In this document: positions 39,299 to 49,162 of the stretch, one piece after another
Layout of the letters: each line of letters starts with the position of its first letter
Position numbering within the stretch: the first letter of the stretch is position 1
DNA from: Nitrososphaerota archaeon
GTDB taxonomy: Archaea > Thermoproteota > EX4484-205 > JAAOZP01
Reading direction: 5' to 3'
NCBI GenBank assembly: GCA_011605725.1
Contig: JAAOZP010000004.1
Span: 96,001 to 160,000 of the forward strand
Length of the DNA stretch: 64,000 bases
Program-made: the position numbers and the translations under genes
Notes under the pieces: generated by a model
Database searches by the model: none
What the model saw: only the letters and a program-made list of their open reading frames with translations
Told to the model about the DNA's origin: nothing

Positions 39299-40090
39299 TC
39301 ATCTAGCAGGCTTAAGAAAAGGGTAGGCCTTGTACATCAAGTCTAGTACTGGAGGCACTACCAGTATGAATGGGATTTCTGTTCCGAAAACCCATAGGAA
39401 GAAATAGAAAGCTAGGGCAAGGTCCGCCCTGACTCCTGAAAGCGGGAGCCCGAAAAGCTGGCTGTAAAACCATATGCCTAAGCCTATCCAAGCAGCGCCC
39501 GTGAGGAGACCCAGTGTCCCGCCCACATAGTAATTCAGATAATCCTTTCTAATCCTGCTTGCGGCAAGACCCAGTGTGAGCACGATAATCCCGAGGATCA
39601 GAAGAAAAATTGAAACCCATCCCGTACCGTTTTCAACCATCTCCATCGAAACCATGTATTCAAAGTATAGAAGAGGACCGAAGGCCGCTATTGCAAGAAA
39701 CATTAAAGGTATAATTGTCTTTAAGCCGTTCCAGTTCGCTCTAGACCTGCCTATCCTACCTATAATGTAGAACCCGAGAAAGTTGGAGGGTACTCCAGCG
39801 ATAAGGCTTAGAAGGGGATTCGTCTGTCCAGTAGTGTAGAACACATACAGGTCGCTCAGAAAGATCCCTATTGCTGCACCCATTCCTCCTGTTAAAGGGC
39901 CGAAAAGCATTGAAAAGACTGCTGGCACGAATACCGATGGCCAGAACCTCACCACGCCTACAACAGGCGTAAAGACCCCTAGGAAGGTTGCGATTCCTAC
40001 CACCGTGTAGAGCGCGGCGCAAAGACCTGTCGCCACGACTCTTCTCGCCAAGGATGTTTGAACACCGTTTCGCGAGACCATTGTTTCCAC
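39299..40090 (-). CDS. ECF transporter S-component-like membrane protein
   Basis: AALY..., VRFWP, LFGP..G..GAAIG.F.SD; several TM helices. Confidence 0.75.
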   Translation of the reverse strand: METMVSRNGVQTSLARRVVATGLCAALYTVVGIATFLGVFTPVVGVVRFWPSVFVPAVFSMLFGPLTGGMGAAIGIFLSDLYVFYTTGQTNPLLSLIAGVPSNFLGFYIIGRIGRSRANWNGLKTIIPLMFLAIAAFGPLLYFEYMVSMEMVENGTGWVSIFLLILGIIVLTLGLAASRIRKDYLNYYVGGTLGLLTGAAWIGLGIWFYSQLFGLPLSGVRADLALAFYFFLWVFGTEIPFILVVPPVLDLMYKAYPFLKPAR

Positions 40091-40190
40091 GGTTTCATTA
40101 AGCCTTGTATAAATCTACCGTATTGATTTTATATATCATGCATAAAAATTCAAAAAGTATATATTTTCTCTTTTCAGTAAATACTTAACG

Positions 40191-41174
40191 TTGGTCTGGA
40201 AAAGAAGAGTCTTAAGAGCGGGGTCAGGCTCATTCCTCGTGACTCTTCCAAAAACCTGGGTTAGGCAGAGCAAGATAGATACTGGAACAATTATAACCAT
40301 GGTCAGTAACAAGGATGGTTCTCTCACGATAATACCTGAAGGAGGCGGTAGGCTTTTGGAGGAGGTTGTTAAAATAGACCTTTCCCGTCAGGGTTTGAAG
40401 CCGCAGCACGTCCTGCTCGGATGCTATCTACTCGGCTACAACACGATAATCATCAGGAGCGGGGAAGAGTTTTCAACAGCTGAAATATCAGAAGTACGTA
40501 AGATAGTTAGGAGACTCCCTGGAGCAGAAATATCGGAGGAGACTTCAAGCCAGATAGAGGTTAGAGTCCTACTCGATCCGGAGATGATTACTCCTGAGAA
40601 ACTCTTGAGGAGGCAGAGTGCTCTTGCTGCAAGCATGATGTCTGACTGTGTTAAAGCGCTGGTGAAGATGGATAGGGAACTTGCGGAAAGGGTTATTGAA
40701 AGAGATGAGGAGGTTGACAGGCAATACTTTATATTCGTCAGGGTGATCAGGTCTGCCCTCAGGAATCCTGAGCTTCCGGCTAAGATGGGGATGGACTTTC
40801 TGAATCTGATGGATCTCAGGATGCTTGTGAAATACGTTGAGGACTCTGCAGACCAATGTGTCCAAATATCCAGGGAGGTTGTGAAGATGCATGGCAAGGT
40901 TAAAAAAATAAGCTTAACCGGGTTGAGCAGCATAGGCGAAACACTGAGCGATATGCATACTAAAGCGATAGGGCTCTTCAACACGTTTAACGCCGGCGTT
41001 ATGAGCGAAATAATGGAGAAGCATGCGGAAGTCGAAGAGATGCTTTTAAGCCTTGAGGAGAAGCAGGATTACCGGCCATACGCCACCAGCCTAGTTAAAG
41101 TCTTCAACAGCCTTGTGAAAATACTTGAAAACATTAAGGATATTGTGGAGCTCGTGTCGATAAAAGCTTTTTAA
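40191..41174 (+). CDS. phoU: Phosphate uptake regulator (AbrB + PhoU domains)
   Basis: GSGSFLVTLPKTWV, YLLGY, RDEEVDR. Confidence 0.88.
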   Translation: MVWKRRVLRAGSGSFLVTLPKTWVRQSKIDTGTIITMVSNKDGSLTIIPEGGGRLLEEVVKIDLSRQGLKPQHVLLGCYLLGYNTIIIRSGEEFSTAEISEVRKIVRRLPGAEISEETSSQIEVRVLLDPEMITPEKLLRRQSALAASMMSDCVKALVKMDRELAERVIERDEEVDRQYFIFVRVIRSALRNPELPAKMGMDFLNLMDLRMLVKYVEDSADQCVQISREVVKMHGKVKKISLTGLSSIGETLSDMHTKAIGLFNTFNAGVMSEIMEKHAEVEEMLLSLEEKQDYRPYATSLVKVFNSLVKILENIKDIVELVSIKAF

Positions 41175-43933
41175 ACATTAAGCTTTTCCAAAAGCCTTCT
41201 GTCCTGAACCTCATTGTTCAAGTGCAGCAGTAACTCTTCTTTCGAGTTAACCCCTACCAGCGATTTCACAGCAGCGTCTAAAAGGCTTGAAACAGGCTCG
41301 ACAACAATGCCTTTAGACTCTAAGAGCTCAATTATCTTAAGGTTCTTCATCGACTCGTAGTTGAACACGGGGACGAGAAGCTTCTTCGCAAACCTGTCCG
41401 CTAAAGCCGCATCTATCTTACCCATACCCCTGTGATCCAGTCCTCCGACAGGCCAAACCTCACCCTTAGCCGTTATTGCACCCGTCATTATGACTGTTGG
41501 ATCAACCTCAATACCTGTGAAGGCAGATATCATCGCTACACCTATAGCTAACCCGGCTGAGGGGCCGGAAACAGGAGGATAAGAGAGGCCGGGGCGGAGC
41601 TGAAGCTTCTCCATGCCCTTCGCTGGCGTGACTAGCTCCACGAAAACATCGTGATTCTTAAACCTCCATTCAGAGATGCTGTTTACATATATGAAGGCAT
41701 CCTCAGCACTAGCCTGAATGCTTTCACCATACTCACTTCCAACAACCTTCACAACCCCCTTCCCCTTCGGGTTAGTGACAACCTCTACGACGCTCACGAA
41801 CCCGCTCTGTTCGCCAGCAGCACCTATGGCGACAAGACCATAGGTTTTACCAATCTCAGGGCTTTCAACCCTTACGCTCTTATCAATCATTGTGCGAGCC
41901 TCGCTAACCGACTCCTCCTCTGAAAGGGTTTCCAGCGCTTCTTGAAAGTGAATAGGCCGGAGTGGGTAGTTTGAAGGTGAAACCAGCCTGAGGCTGTCTA
42001 TGAAGCTCCCGGAGGCCTGGTCTACCCCAAGTATCCTGGAAAGCCTCTCCAGATCCTTAGCGTATATTTTCCTTATTTCTTCAACTGGACGACCCTCGTC
42101 AACCGTTTTCACAAGCTGCCTCGCAGCATCCAGCTCCTTAACCCTAAGCCTGTTAGCCTCGTTAATCACGTCAGCAATCCTCCTCGGGCTTAAAGCCTTC
42201 TTCCTAAGTATCTCCAGCACATTGTCCACCGTAGCCTCAGGGCTAAGGACATCCAGATACTTTTTCAAATGGATTCTTATAATCTCCCTCCTCTCCTCAT
42301 CGTTTCTAGGATAGTTGAATTCGAATACGCGTGTAAACCTTTCCAGTAAAGCCCTGTCTAGAACGTCGAGCCTATTCGTGCTGGCTATAACCACAACGCC
42401 TGAAAGAGGTATGAAGCCATCCAGCTCCGTTAAAAGCTGGCTCGTAACCCTGTCTAAGACCGGGTCATGCGTTCCACGTCCAGGTGCAACAGAATCTATC
42501 TCGTCGAAGAAGACTATGGCTGGAGCATTCCTCCTCGCGTCCTCGAAAATATCCCTTATCGTTTTCTCAGGATCACCATACATCCCTTGGATTATTGAGG
42601 GCCCGTTGACAAGATAGAACCAGACATTGTTCTCCCCGGCTATGGCTCTTGCTAGAAGAGTTTTCCCGGTTCCCGGCGGACCGTGGAAAAGAAAGCCTTT
42701 CGGAGGAATATACCTGGCCTTGCTCGCTAACTCAGGGTTTAACGATAAAGAAATCTCTTTGATAATTTCCTCCCTAACGCCTTTAAGCCCTCCAACATCT
42801 TCATACCGCTCTTTCGGCCTAAGCTTAACCACGGATTTCTTAGCGGCTTCAGTCCTAGTGCTTACCGAGTAAGCCTTAACCTTTGAAGCAGCCTCCCTGA
42901 AATCGTTAAGCGTAACAAGCTCACCAGGGTTAATCTGGCTCCCCGGCTCACCCCCATGGAGAAGCCTATTGATAAGCTTCTTCTGAAACGGGGCAGCCCT
43001 GTTGCTAATAACCAGTTGGAAAGCGTTAACTATGTCTGCAGGGGTTATAGCCTGTGTTTCGAAAGACCTTAAACTATCCTCTATCACCGTGAGAATGTCT
43101 TGCGGCGGAAGCCTTACGCCGTGAACCTTACATTGTTTCTCAACTATTTTAAGAAGCATCTGTCTAGACATGTTTTCATCGAGATCTATTGTTCCAGCAA
43201 CCCCCCTTCTGCGAAGAGTATCCACCAGCGACTCATACTCGGTTGTTGAAACCATCACCACAGTACGGTAATCCTTTCTCTGAAGCTCGTCAAACTTTTC
43301 AAGGAGAACTGTTTGAACCCTCGTCTCCTCCATCCCCACCTCCGTTGTGGAGCTGAACTTTTTCGCGAAAGCTTGGAACTCATCTATCAAAACTATACTC
43401 GGATTGTAAAACACGTTGTTGAAGAACTCGCTGAGCCTCTGCGCACTCTGACCATACCACATGGAGTAAACCTGTTCAGGCTTAAGCTTTGCAAGGTTCA
43501 CGAGCAAACCATACTCCAAACCTTTTTCAAAACCCTCCCTTTGAACAACCTCCGCGAAGAAGGTTTTACCAGAGCCGCTTGAACCCTTTACAATGAACAG
43601 TTTAGGCGGCGGTGCTGCTTTGAAAGTCCTCCTTATCTCAGGGTCTCTTAAAACATGGTAGTGGATACTGACTAAGACTTTGAACAGCTCCTCATCCCTA
43701 CCCACCATATCCTCCTTGGAAACCCTTGGAAACATAGGGTTTTTCCTAATCTTTCTAGCTTTTTTCTCGACTATTTTCCTCCTCTTCTCCGGAGGGAGGC
43801 GGAGAAACCTCCACATCCTGTACCTCCAGGAGAAAAGGTTAAGAAGCGGGGAGAATAATAGTCTTAGAAGCGGCTTCTTATACCACCATTCTTCCTCGAA
43901 CTCCCTGTCTTCTTCGAACTCGCTTGAAAACAT
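41171..43933 (-). CDS. Tandem AAA+ ATPase fused to a Lon (S16) protease domain
   Basis: GSSGSGKT/LIDEFQ; GPPGTGKT/FFDEID/NRLDVLDRALL; SGPSAG and TGAI...G.V.PVGG...K. Confidence 0.88.
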   Translation of the reverse strand: MFSSEFEEDREFEEEWWYKKPLLRLLFSPLLNLFSWRYRMWRFLRLPPEKRRKIVEKKARKIRKNPMFPRVSKEDMVGRDEELFKVLVSIHYHVLRDPEIRRTFKAAPPPKLFIVKGSSGSGKTFFAEVVQREGFEKGLEYGLLVNLAKLKPEQVYSMWYGQSAQRLSEFFNNVFYNPSIVLIDEFQAFAKKFSSTTEVGMEETRVQTVLLEKFDELQRKDYRTVVMVSTTEYESLVDTLRRRGVAGTIDLDENMSRQMLLKIVEKQCKVHGVRLPPQDILTVIEDSLRSFETQAITPADIVNAFQLVISNRAAPFQKKLINRLLHGGEPGSQINPGELVTLNDFREAASKVKAYSVSTRTEAAKKSVVKLRPKERYEDVGGLKGVREEIIKEISLSLNPELASKARYIPPKGFLFHGPPGTGKTLLARAIAGENNVWFYLVNGPSIIQGMYGDPEKTIRDIFEDARRNAPAIVFFDEIDSVAPGRGTHDPVLDRVTSQLLTELDGFIPLSGVVVIASTNRLDVLDRALLERFTRVFEFNYPRNDEERREIIRIHLKKYLDVLSPEATVDNVLEILRKKALSPRRIADVINEANRLRVKELDAARQLVKTVDEGRPVEEIRKIYAKDLERLSRILGVDQASGSFIDSLRLVSPSNYPLRPIHFQEALETLSEEESVSEARTMIDKSVRVESPEIGKTYGLVAIGAAGEQSGFVSVVEVVTNPKGKGVVKVVGSEYGESIQASAEDAFIYVNSISEWRFKNHDVFVELVTPAKGMEKLQLRPGLSYPPVSGPSAGLAIGVAMISAFTGIEVDPTVIMTGAITAKGEVWPVGGLDHRGMGKIDAALADRFAKKLLVPVFNYESMKNLKIIELLESKGIVVEPVSSLLDAAVKSLVGVNSKEELLLHLNNEVQDRRLLEKLNV

Positions 43934-44011
43934 TCCTCTGGAGAAACATTACGGCACATAGGTATAAAGCTTTATACATGGTTATTAAACTCCCATACAT
44001 GGAGAGAATAA

Positions 44012-44755
44012 ATGCAGCGTTTCCACACCACGAGAGGGTTAAGGAAGACTCCACTAACACTGCTAGTCTGGATACTACTCGCACACATATTAGTCTCAGT
44101 CCCGGGGAAAGGTGAAACAGCGGAATACGATTTCCCCAGGGTTAATATTCTTGAAGGAGACATATTCATAGTAACGTTTAGCCCTCCGGCGGAGAATATT
44201 CAAGTATACGTTAAAGGATCGGAGACGAAAGACTTTTCCCTCCTAGTGTTGACGAACAGTAGTCTCAACATACCTATTTTAACAGGACGCGCCTCGATTG
44301 TGCAGCTCATACCTCAGTCTCCAGTTACAAACCTCACGGTAACATTCAACTCAAACACTAGTCTGAAAATAATCTACGGCATCTTAACAGGAAACTACAC
44401 TTACTATAGGCAGGTTTCTTCAGAATACTATACTTTCTCAAACGGCATTCTCGTGATTCTCCAGCCGCAGATAACTATTCCTCGAGGCCCTTCGAAAATA
44501 ACTTTTATTCTAAACAGGTTTGGCGTCAAGAGTTCAAGCGGGTTTCCGATAGAACTGCCCCCATTGGCTACATTGATTCCTTTCATTGCGGTAGTAGCAA
44601 TACTTGCCTACTTGAATGCTTACGTCCTCGTAGACTCTTATTACTTATCTAAAAGAGAAGAGTTGGGCAGACTTAGGAAAATAGGCATAGTTCTTCTCAT
44701 AGTTTTGAGCGCGCTTATAATATACTGGTTGTTGAACAACTTCGTTAAATACTGA
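44012..44755 (+). CDS. Hypothetical membrane protein
   Basis: Signal-like N-terminus and two C-terminal TM helices. Confidence 0.7.
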   Translation: MQRFHTTRGLRKTPLTLLVWILLAHILVSVPGKGETAEYDFPRVNILEGDIFIVTFSPPAENIQVYVKGSETKDFSLLVLTNSSLNIPILTGRASIVQLIPQSPVTNLTVTFNSNTSLKIIYGILTGNYTYYRQVSSEYYTFSNGILVILQPQITIPRGPSKITFILNRFGVKSSSGFPIELPPLATLIPFIAVVAILAYLNAYVLVDSYYLSKREELGRLRKIGIVLLIVLSALIIYWLLNNFVKY

Positions 44756-45488
44756 GGTAGACCTCCTCAGGGTAAATCTGACACTTCTCACAGTAATACT
44801 TGGACTCCTCAGGCCTCCAAACGAGTTTAGAGCCGCAGTTCGGACAGAGAGGCGGGGTTCCTAAAGGCGGGATCCTTCCCCTCCCGGTTTCTCCAGCTCC
44901 CGTCTCAACACGCTTAGCAGGAGCAGGGGGAGTCTTAAGAGAGAGAACCAAGTGGGTTAAAACCCCGGACAACACAGCTACTGCAATAATGTTGATTACT
45001 GTTCCGGCAATTATCACGAGTGAGAGGGTTGCTACAGCATCATCCACCGCGACGGATTTTAAAGACAGATCGTACAAGACTGGTTTTAAATCCATATGTA
45101 GAAAGTAGACGCCTAGGGCGGACACCACGGTGACGGAGAAAACTGATGCTTTAACAGCATCGGACACTGAGCGAGACAGAATACTGGCAACGATACTTAT
45201 GGTTACGATAATAGTTAAACAGACTGCAAGCCAAACGCTGGAGTTGAAAAACTGCGTGAAAACATTCACAAGACTCTTGCCTTGAGTCGCAATAGCCTCA
45301 ACGCCGAAGCCCGGGACAGACATTCCTAAAGCGTAAACCCAGGGACTATTGGCAAGACCAGACAGGCTTATGTTTTCACCACTATATTCAATACTGTTTG
45401 AAGGAAGCATGGTTAATATTGAGTCGATCAGCAGTATCGGCGAGAGCGCGAGTAGCGTTAACACTATTACCACCAGAGTTAACCTCAA
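44745..45488 (-). CDS. Membrane protein with C-terminal Zn ribbon
   Basis: Several TM helices; CPNCG...YYCEKC. Confidence 0.75.
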   Translation of the reverse strand: MRLTLVVIVLTLLALSPILLIDSILTMLPSNSIEYSGENISLSGLANSPWVYALGMSVPGFGVEAIATQGKSLVNVFTQFFNSSVWLAVCLTIIVTISIVASILSRSVSDAVKASVFSVTVVSALGVYFLHMDLKPVLYDLSLKSVAVDDAVATLSLVIIAGTVINIIAVAVLSGVLTHLVLSLKTPPAPAKRVETGAGETGRGRIPPLGTPPLCPNCGSKLVWRPEESKYYCEKCQIYPEEVYLSI

Positions 45489-45517
45489 TCCTCTTTAACA
45501 CTGTTTTAAACCGCTAT

Positions 45518-45721
45518 TTAGACTTTTTCTCTTCGCCTGATGAAAGCAAGGATGAGGGAGAGTGCAGCATCAAGCACGAGAAACATGAAGGTTAGCCACA
45601 TAAGATCCCTTACTAAGCTGGTTTCAGCAACAGGTGAAAGATACAGGAGCATAATCACAGCGAAAAACGTTGAGAAAACCGCTAGAAACAAATAGGAAAG
45701 ATCAGGCCACATCAGCATCAA
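45518..45721 (-). CDS. Small membrane protein
   Basis: Two TM helices; start overlaps the upstream stop. Confidence 0.6.
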   Translation of the reverse strand: MMLMWPDLSYLFLAVFSTFFAVIMLLYLSPVAETSLVRDLMWLTFMFLVLDAALSLILAFIRRREKV

Positions 45722-46044
45722 CCAGTCAAGTAGCCTCCTTTACGAAGCTCTATGCAGAGGCTGCAAATATCGTCCTCAAGCTCATTCAGCGACAAGCCTT
45801 TTTCAAACAGCTTCCTAGCGATGATGCTCGCATACTCGTTAACCACAGTGTTGCTAAGATAACGCCTAATCTTAGCGCTGCCCTTTCTCCTACCCATGTA
45901 GTTGCTTACAGAGGGTTGAGTAACATTAAGCATTCTAGCAACCTGAACCTGATTCAAATTATACTTTTCCAAAAGCTGCCTTGATACAAGCATCCGGAGC
46001 GCGGGAACCACGTGTCTAACCATACACTCGCAATGTATCGTCAT
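45718..46044 (-). CDS. HTH transcriptional regulator
   Basis: CE...VVPALR, QVQVARMLNVTQPSVSNY..RK, C.LC. Confidence 0.85.
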   Translation of the reverse strand: MTIHCECMVRHVVPALRMLVSRQLLEKYNLNQVQVARMLNVTQPSVSNYMGRRKGSAKIRRYLSNTVVNEYASIIARKLFEKGLSLNELEDDICSLCIELRKGGYLTG

Positions 46045-46237
46045 AGCATGGTAGTATTGTCTATAACCCGTTTTTAAACATTACCGGAAACTTTTAGATA
46101 AACCGCCCATCTTTACTTCCATTAGTGAAGAGCGTTAGATGTTTTCCGAGCAAACTTGAAGACTTTCCCAACGTGACGAACAGTTTAAAAGCGACGGGAA
46201 AACTTTATTTAACTTAGCGAAGCATTAAAACCTGCGG

Positions 46238-46347
46238 GCCGGGGTGGTCGAATCCGGTTCACAACAGGAAGGCTGAAAGGCGGTGGGCTGCAGAAGAGCT
46301 CTGTCGAAACCCACAGTATGCGGGTTCAAATCCCGCCCCCGGCTCCA
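46238..46347 (+). tRNA. trnC: tRNA-Cys(GCA) with two introns and encoded CCA
   Basis: Acceptor GCCGGGG/CCCCGGC, discriminator T, CCA; T-arm GCGGG-TTCAAAT-CCCGC; anticodon stem GTGGG/CCCAC with CT-GCA-G; 15-nt intron at 37/38 (46294-46308) and a ~15-18 nt insert in the D-loop. Confidence 0.88.
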
Positions 46348-46437
46348 GCATTCCTACTACTGGTTTATAAGCACCGTGAATACTCATGCCTCAGAATATT
46401 TTTCAACCAGGATTAAAAAGAAGAAAGAGTATATAGG

Positions 46438-47763
46438 TTAAACAAGTATTTGCGAAGGCTCGTAGTCGACAAGCTTACCTTCAAGATACTCAGCATACCC
46501 TTGAAGATCCAGGAGTCCGTGGCCACTCATGTTGAAAAGTATAGTTCTGCTCTCACCCTTCCTCTTGCATTCCAAGGCAATTTCAATAGCTGCTTTAATC
46601 GCGTGATTCGTCTCAGGAGCAGGTACAAGCCCCTCGTTTTCAGCGAAAACCCGGCCGGCTTCGAAGACCTCTCTCTGATAATAGGCTACTGGCCTCACAT
46701 ACCCTTCGTGAACCAGTAGGCTTAGTATTGGAGCCTTCCCATGATACCTGAGGCCTCCGGCGTGTATCGGTGGTGTGAAAAACTTGTGTCCAACGGTGTA
46801 CATTTTAAGCATCGGGGTCATTTCAGCAGTGTCTCCAAAGTCATACATGTATTTTCCCTTAGTCGTCGATGGAACAGCCTTCGGCTCAACAGCAATAAAC
46901 TCGGCGTCAAGCTTTCCTCTTAGCCTTTCACGCATAAATGGGAAGGCTAGACCAGCGTAATTGGAGCCTCCACCTATGCAGCCTATGACGTAGTCCGGTT
47001 TCTCGTCTAGCATTTGAAGCTGCTTAATAGCCTCCTCGCCTACAATAGTCTGGTGTAGCAGCACATGGTTTAAAACGCTCCCCAAAGAGTATTTCATGCC
47101 TGTTTTCACAGCGGTTTCTATCGCCTCGCTTATTGCTATCCCGAGGGAACCCGGGTGGTTCGGATCCTGTTCAAGCATCTTCCTGCCGAAATCCGTCTGG
47201 TCGCTTGGGGAGGGATAGACCTCGGCTCCGAAAAGCTGCATAAGTATCTTCCTGTACGGCTTTGTAAGATAGCTGCTTCTAGTCATGAAGACTTTACACT
47301 TCATTTTGAAGAAGGCGCATCCGAGTGCTAGGGCTGAGCCCCATTGACCTGCACCTGTTTCAGTTGTCAAACCTTTCGTTCCCTCAACCATGTTGTAATA
47401 CGCTTGAGCTATAGCAGTGTTAGGCTTATGGCTTCCAACTACGTTCACATACTCACACTTATAATATATTTTTGCAGGAGTGTTAAGATATTTCTCTAGA
47501 CGCGTTGCTCTTCTAAGTGGCGTCGGCCTCCCGATCGCATAGTAGGCTTGGGCAACCTCCTCAGGTATCGGAATGCGTCTCTGATCTGAAAACTCCTGCC
47601 TGACAAGCTCCTTCGCAAACAACACTTCTAAAGCCTGGGGTGGCAGAGGCTCCTTGGTAGCGGGGTTTATCGGAGGGTCGAGAGGACGCGGAAGATCTGG
47701 AAGAATATTGTACCATTCTCGAGGCATTTCCTCAGGGTTCAGGTTTACAACCGGTGGCTTCAT
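46438..47763 (-). CDS. trpB2: Tryptophan synthase beta chain 2
   Basis: [40 protein letters not shown]. Confidence 0.95.
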   Translation of the reverse strand: MKPPVVNLNPEEMPREWYNILPDLPRPLDPPINPATKEPLPPQALEVLFAKELVRQEFSDQRRIPIPEEVAQAYYAIGRPTPLRRATRLEKYLNTPAKIYYKCEYVNVVGSHKPNTAIAQAYYNMVEGTKGLTTETGAGQWGSALALGCAFFKMKCKVFMTRSSYLTKPYRKILMQLFGAEVYPSPSDQTDFGRKMLEQDPNHPGSLGIAISEAIETAVKTGMKYSLGSVLNHVLLHQTIVGEEAIKQLQMLDEKPDYVIGCIGGGSNYAGLAFPFMRERLRGKLDAEFIAVEPKAVPSTTKGKYMYDFGDTAEMTPMLKMYTVGHKFFTPPIHAGGLRYHGKAPILSLLVHEGYVRPVAYYQREVFEAGRVFAENEGLVPAPETNHAIKAAIEIALECKRKGESRTILFNMSGHGLLDLQGYAEYLEGKLVDYEPSQILV

Positions 47764-47918
47764 TTTCGAATCGCCTAAGGCGCTTTAAGGCGGTAGTATA
47801 TATACTATTTTGAGCAGATGTATGCTTGAGCGCATTTATGCATTTTTTTTCGGAAACAGGAAGCGTGAGAAGCATGCGTTACAATTTTTAAATACATGCT
47901 TCGTGCAAGAAGGACAGA

Positions 47919-48422
47919 ATGTGGAGCAAAGTGTATGAGAAGGTTAAGCGTCATCCCGCAAAAGTAAAGGTTGCTAGACTACTTGTTGAGAACGGGCTTA
48001 GGATAGCTGACGACGGCAGGATATACTGCGGGCCGATAAACATTCCGGATGCGAAGATAGCTAAAGCAGCTAACGCTGACAGGAGGATAGTCAGAAACAC
48101 TGTTGAGCTAATTATGAAGGACGAGAAGCTTAACAATATTTTCAGAGCACTCAAGCCAGCCGGCCCCAATCTGGTGGATGCTGCACCACACTTGGGTTTT
48201 GACGTTATCGAGATCTATGCTGACCCCAATAAGCCGGGGATAGTTGCAGGCGTGAGCACGATAATAGCTGAGCTTGGAATAAGCATTAGACAAGTGATCG
48301 CCGATGATCCTGAGCTTGTTCCAGAGCCTAAGCTCCAGATCGTTGTTAACGGCAGGATCCCTGGAGAAGTTATTGAAAAAATGAGAAGAATACGTGGAGT
48401 GAGAAGCGTCACGCTGAAATGA
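47919..48422 (+). CDS. ACT-domain regulator of amino acid metabolism
   Basis: YCGPI.I, DRR.V, PGIVAGV, ISIRQ. Confidence 0.88.
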   Translation: MWSKVYEKVKRHPAKVKVARLLVENGLRIADDGRIYCGPINIPDAKIAKAANADRRIVRNTVELIMKDEKLNNIFRALKPAGPNLVDAAPHLGFDVIEIYADPNKPGIVAGVSTIIAELGISIRQVIADDPELVPEPKLQIVVNGRIPGEVIEKMRRIRGVRSVTLK

Positions 48423-48428
48423 TACTTG

Positions 48429-49067
48429 CTATTTCCTCAGGAACTCTTCAACTTTCTCGACGAGTGTTCTAACGGTTTGCGAAACAATCGTCTCACCGGC
48501 TTCAAGACTGGCCTTCGAAGCATCCCCTTCCACGCCCATCGATGGGCCCGCGTACTTAATCCGATCCTCCTTAACCAGGCTTCTGTCTATGTAGAGGAGT
48601 TGAGAAGTGAGGTAGGCTCCGCCTGAGCCGGCTTTAGGCTCGCCCTCCAACGCTTGAACATCAGGATAATGCTCCCAGAGGTTAAGCTGAAGCAGCTCCA
48701 CGTTTTTAACAGGATGCTTGTTTAAAAGCTCCTTCAGAAGGGAATCGTTTGAAGCATCAGCGTTAAGCAGGACGATCTTCTTAAGACCCAGTTTTGAAAG
48801 CTCCTCCATAAGGTTCACTAAAAACATGGTTAAAACCTCGGGCTTCAAAGATATTAGGCCGCCTCCAACCCCGTATGGGGTTGCGTCTATTTGAAAAACA
48901 TAGGGATGGAGTGAACCTGCTATTTTCTCGCAGTAATAGTTTACGAGTATCGATGATGAACCTGCTGGAAGATGCGGACCCTGGTTTTTCACCGAGCCTA
49001 AAGGTATTAGACCCACCCTGGACTGTCCAAGCCTATACTTGGTTTCGTAATACGTTGACTCGAACAT
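48429..49067 (-). CDS. Creatininase-family protein lacking the canonical metal ligands
   Basis: IPLGSVKNQGPHLP, PYG, LLNA..SN, LTS, G.EGDASKAS.E.G. Confidence 0.7.
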   Translation of the reverse strand: MFESTYYETKYRLGQSRVGLIPLGSVKNQGPHLPAGSSSILVNYYCEKIAGSLHPYVFQIDATPYGVGGGLISLKPEVLTMFLVNLMEELSKLGLKKIVLLNADASNDSLLKELLNKHPVKNVELLQLNLWEHYPDVQALEGEPKAGSGGAYLTSQLLYIDRSLVKEDRIKYAGPSMGVEGDASKASLEAGETIVSQTVRTLVEKVEEFLRK

Positions 49068-49162
49068 GTTTCATCAAGCAGAATGACATTATTTAAATGT
49101 TGTTAATTATCACAGTCGCCCAATATCTAAACGGATACGCTTAAAAACATTGTTCGAAAACA

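Noticed and set aside
46238-46347. tRNA-Sec or selenoprotein system
   Set aside because: The anticodon is GCA, there is no long variable arm, and hdrA and mvhD have no in-frame TGA.
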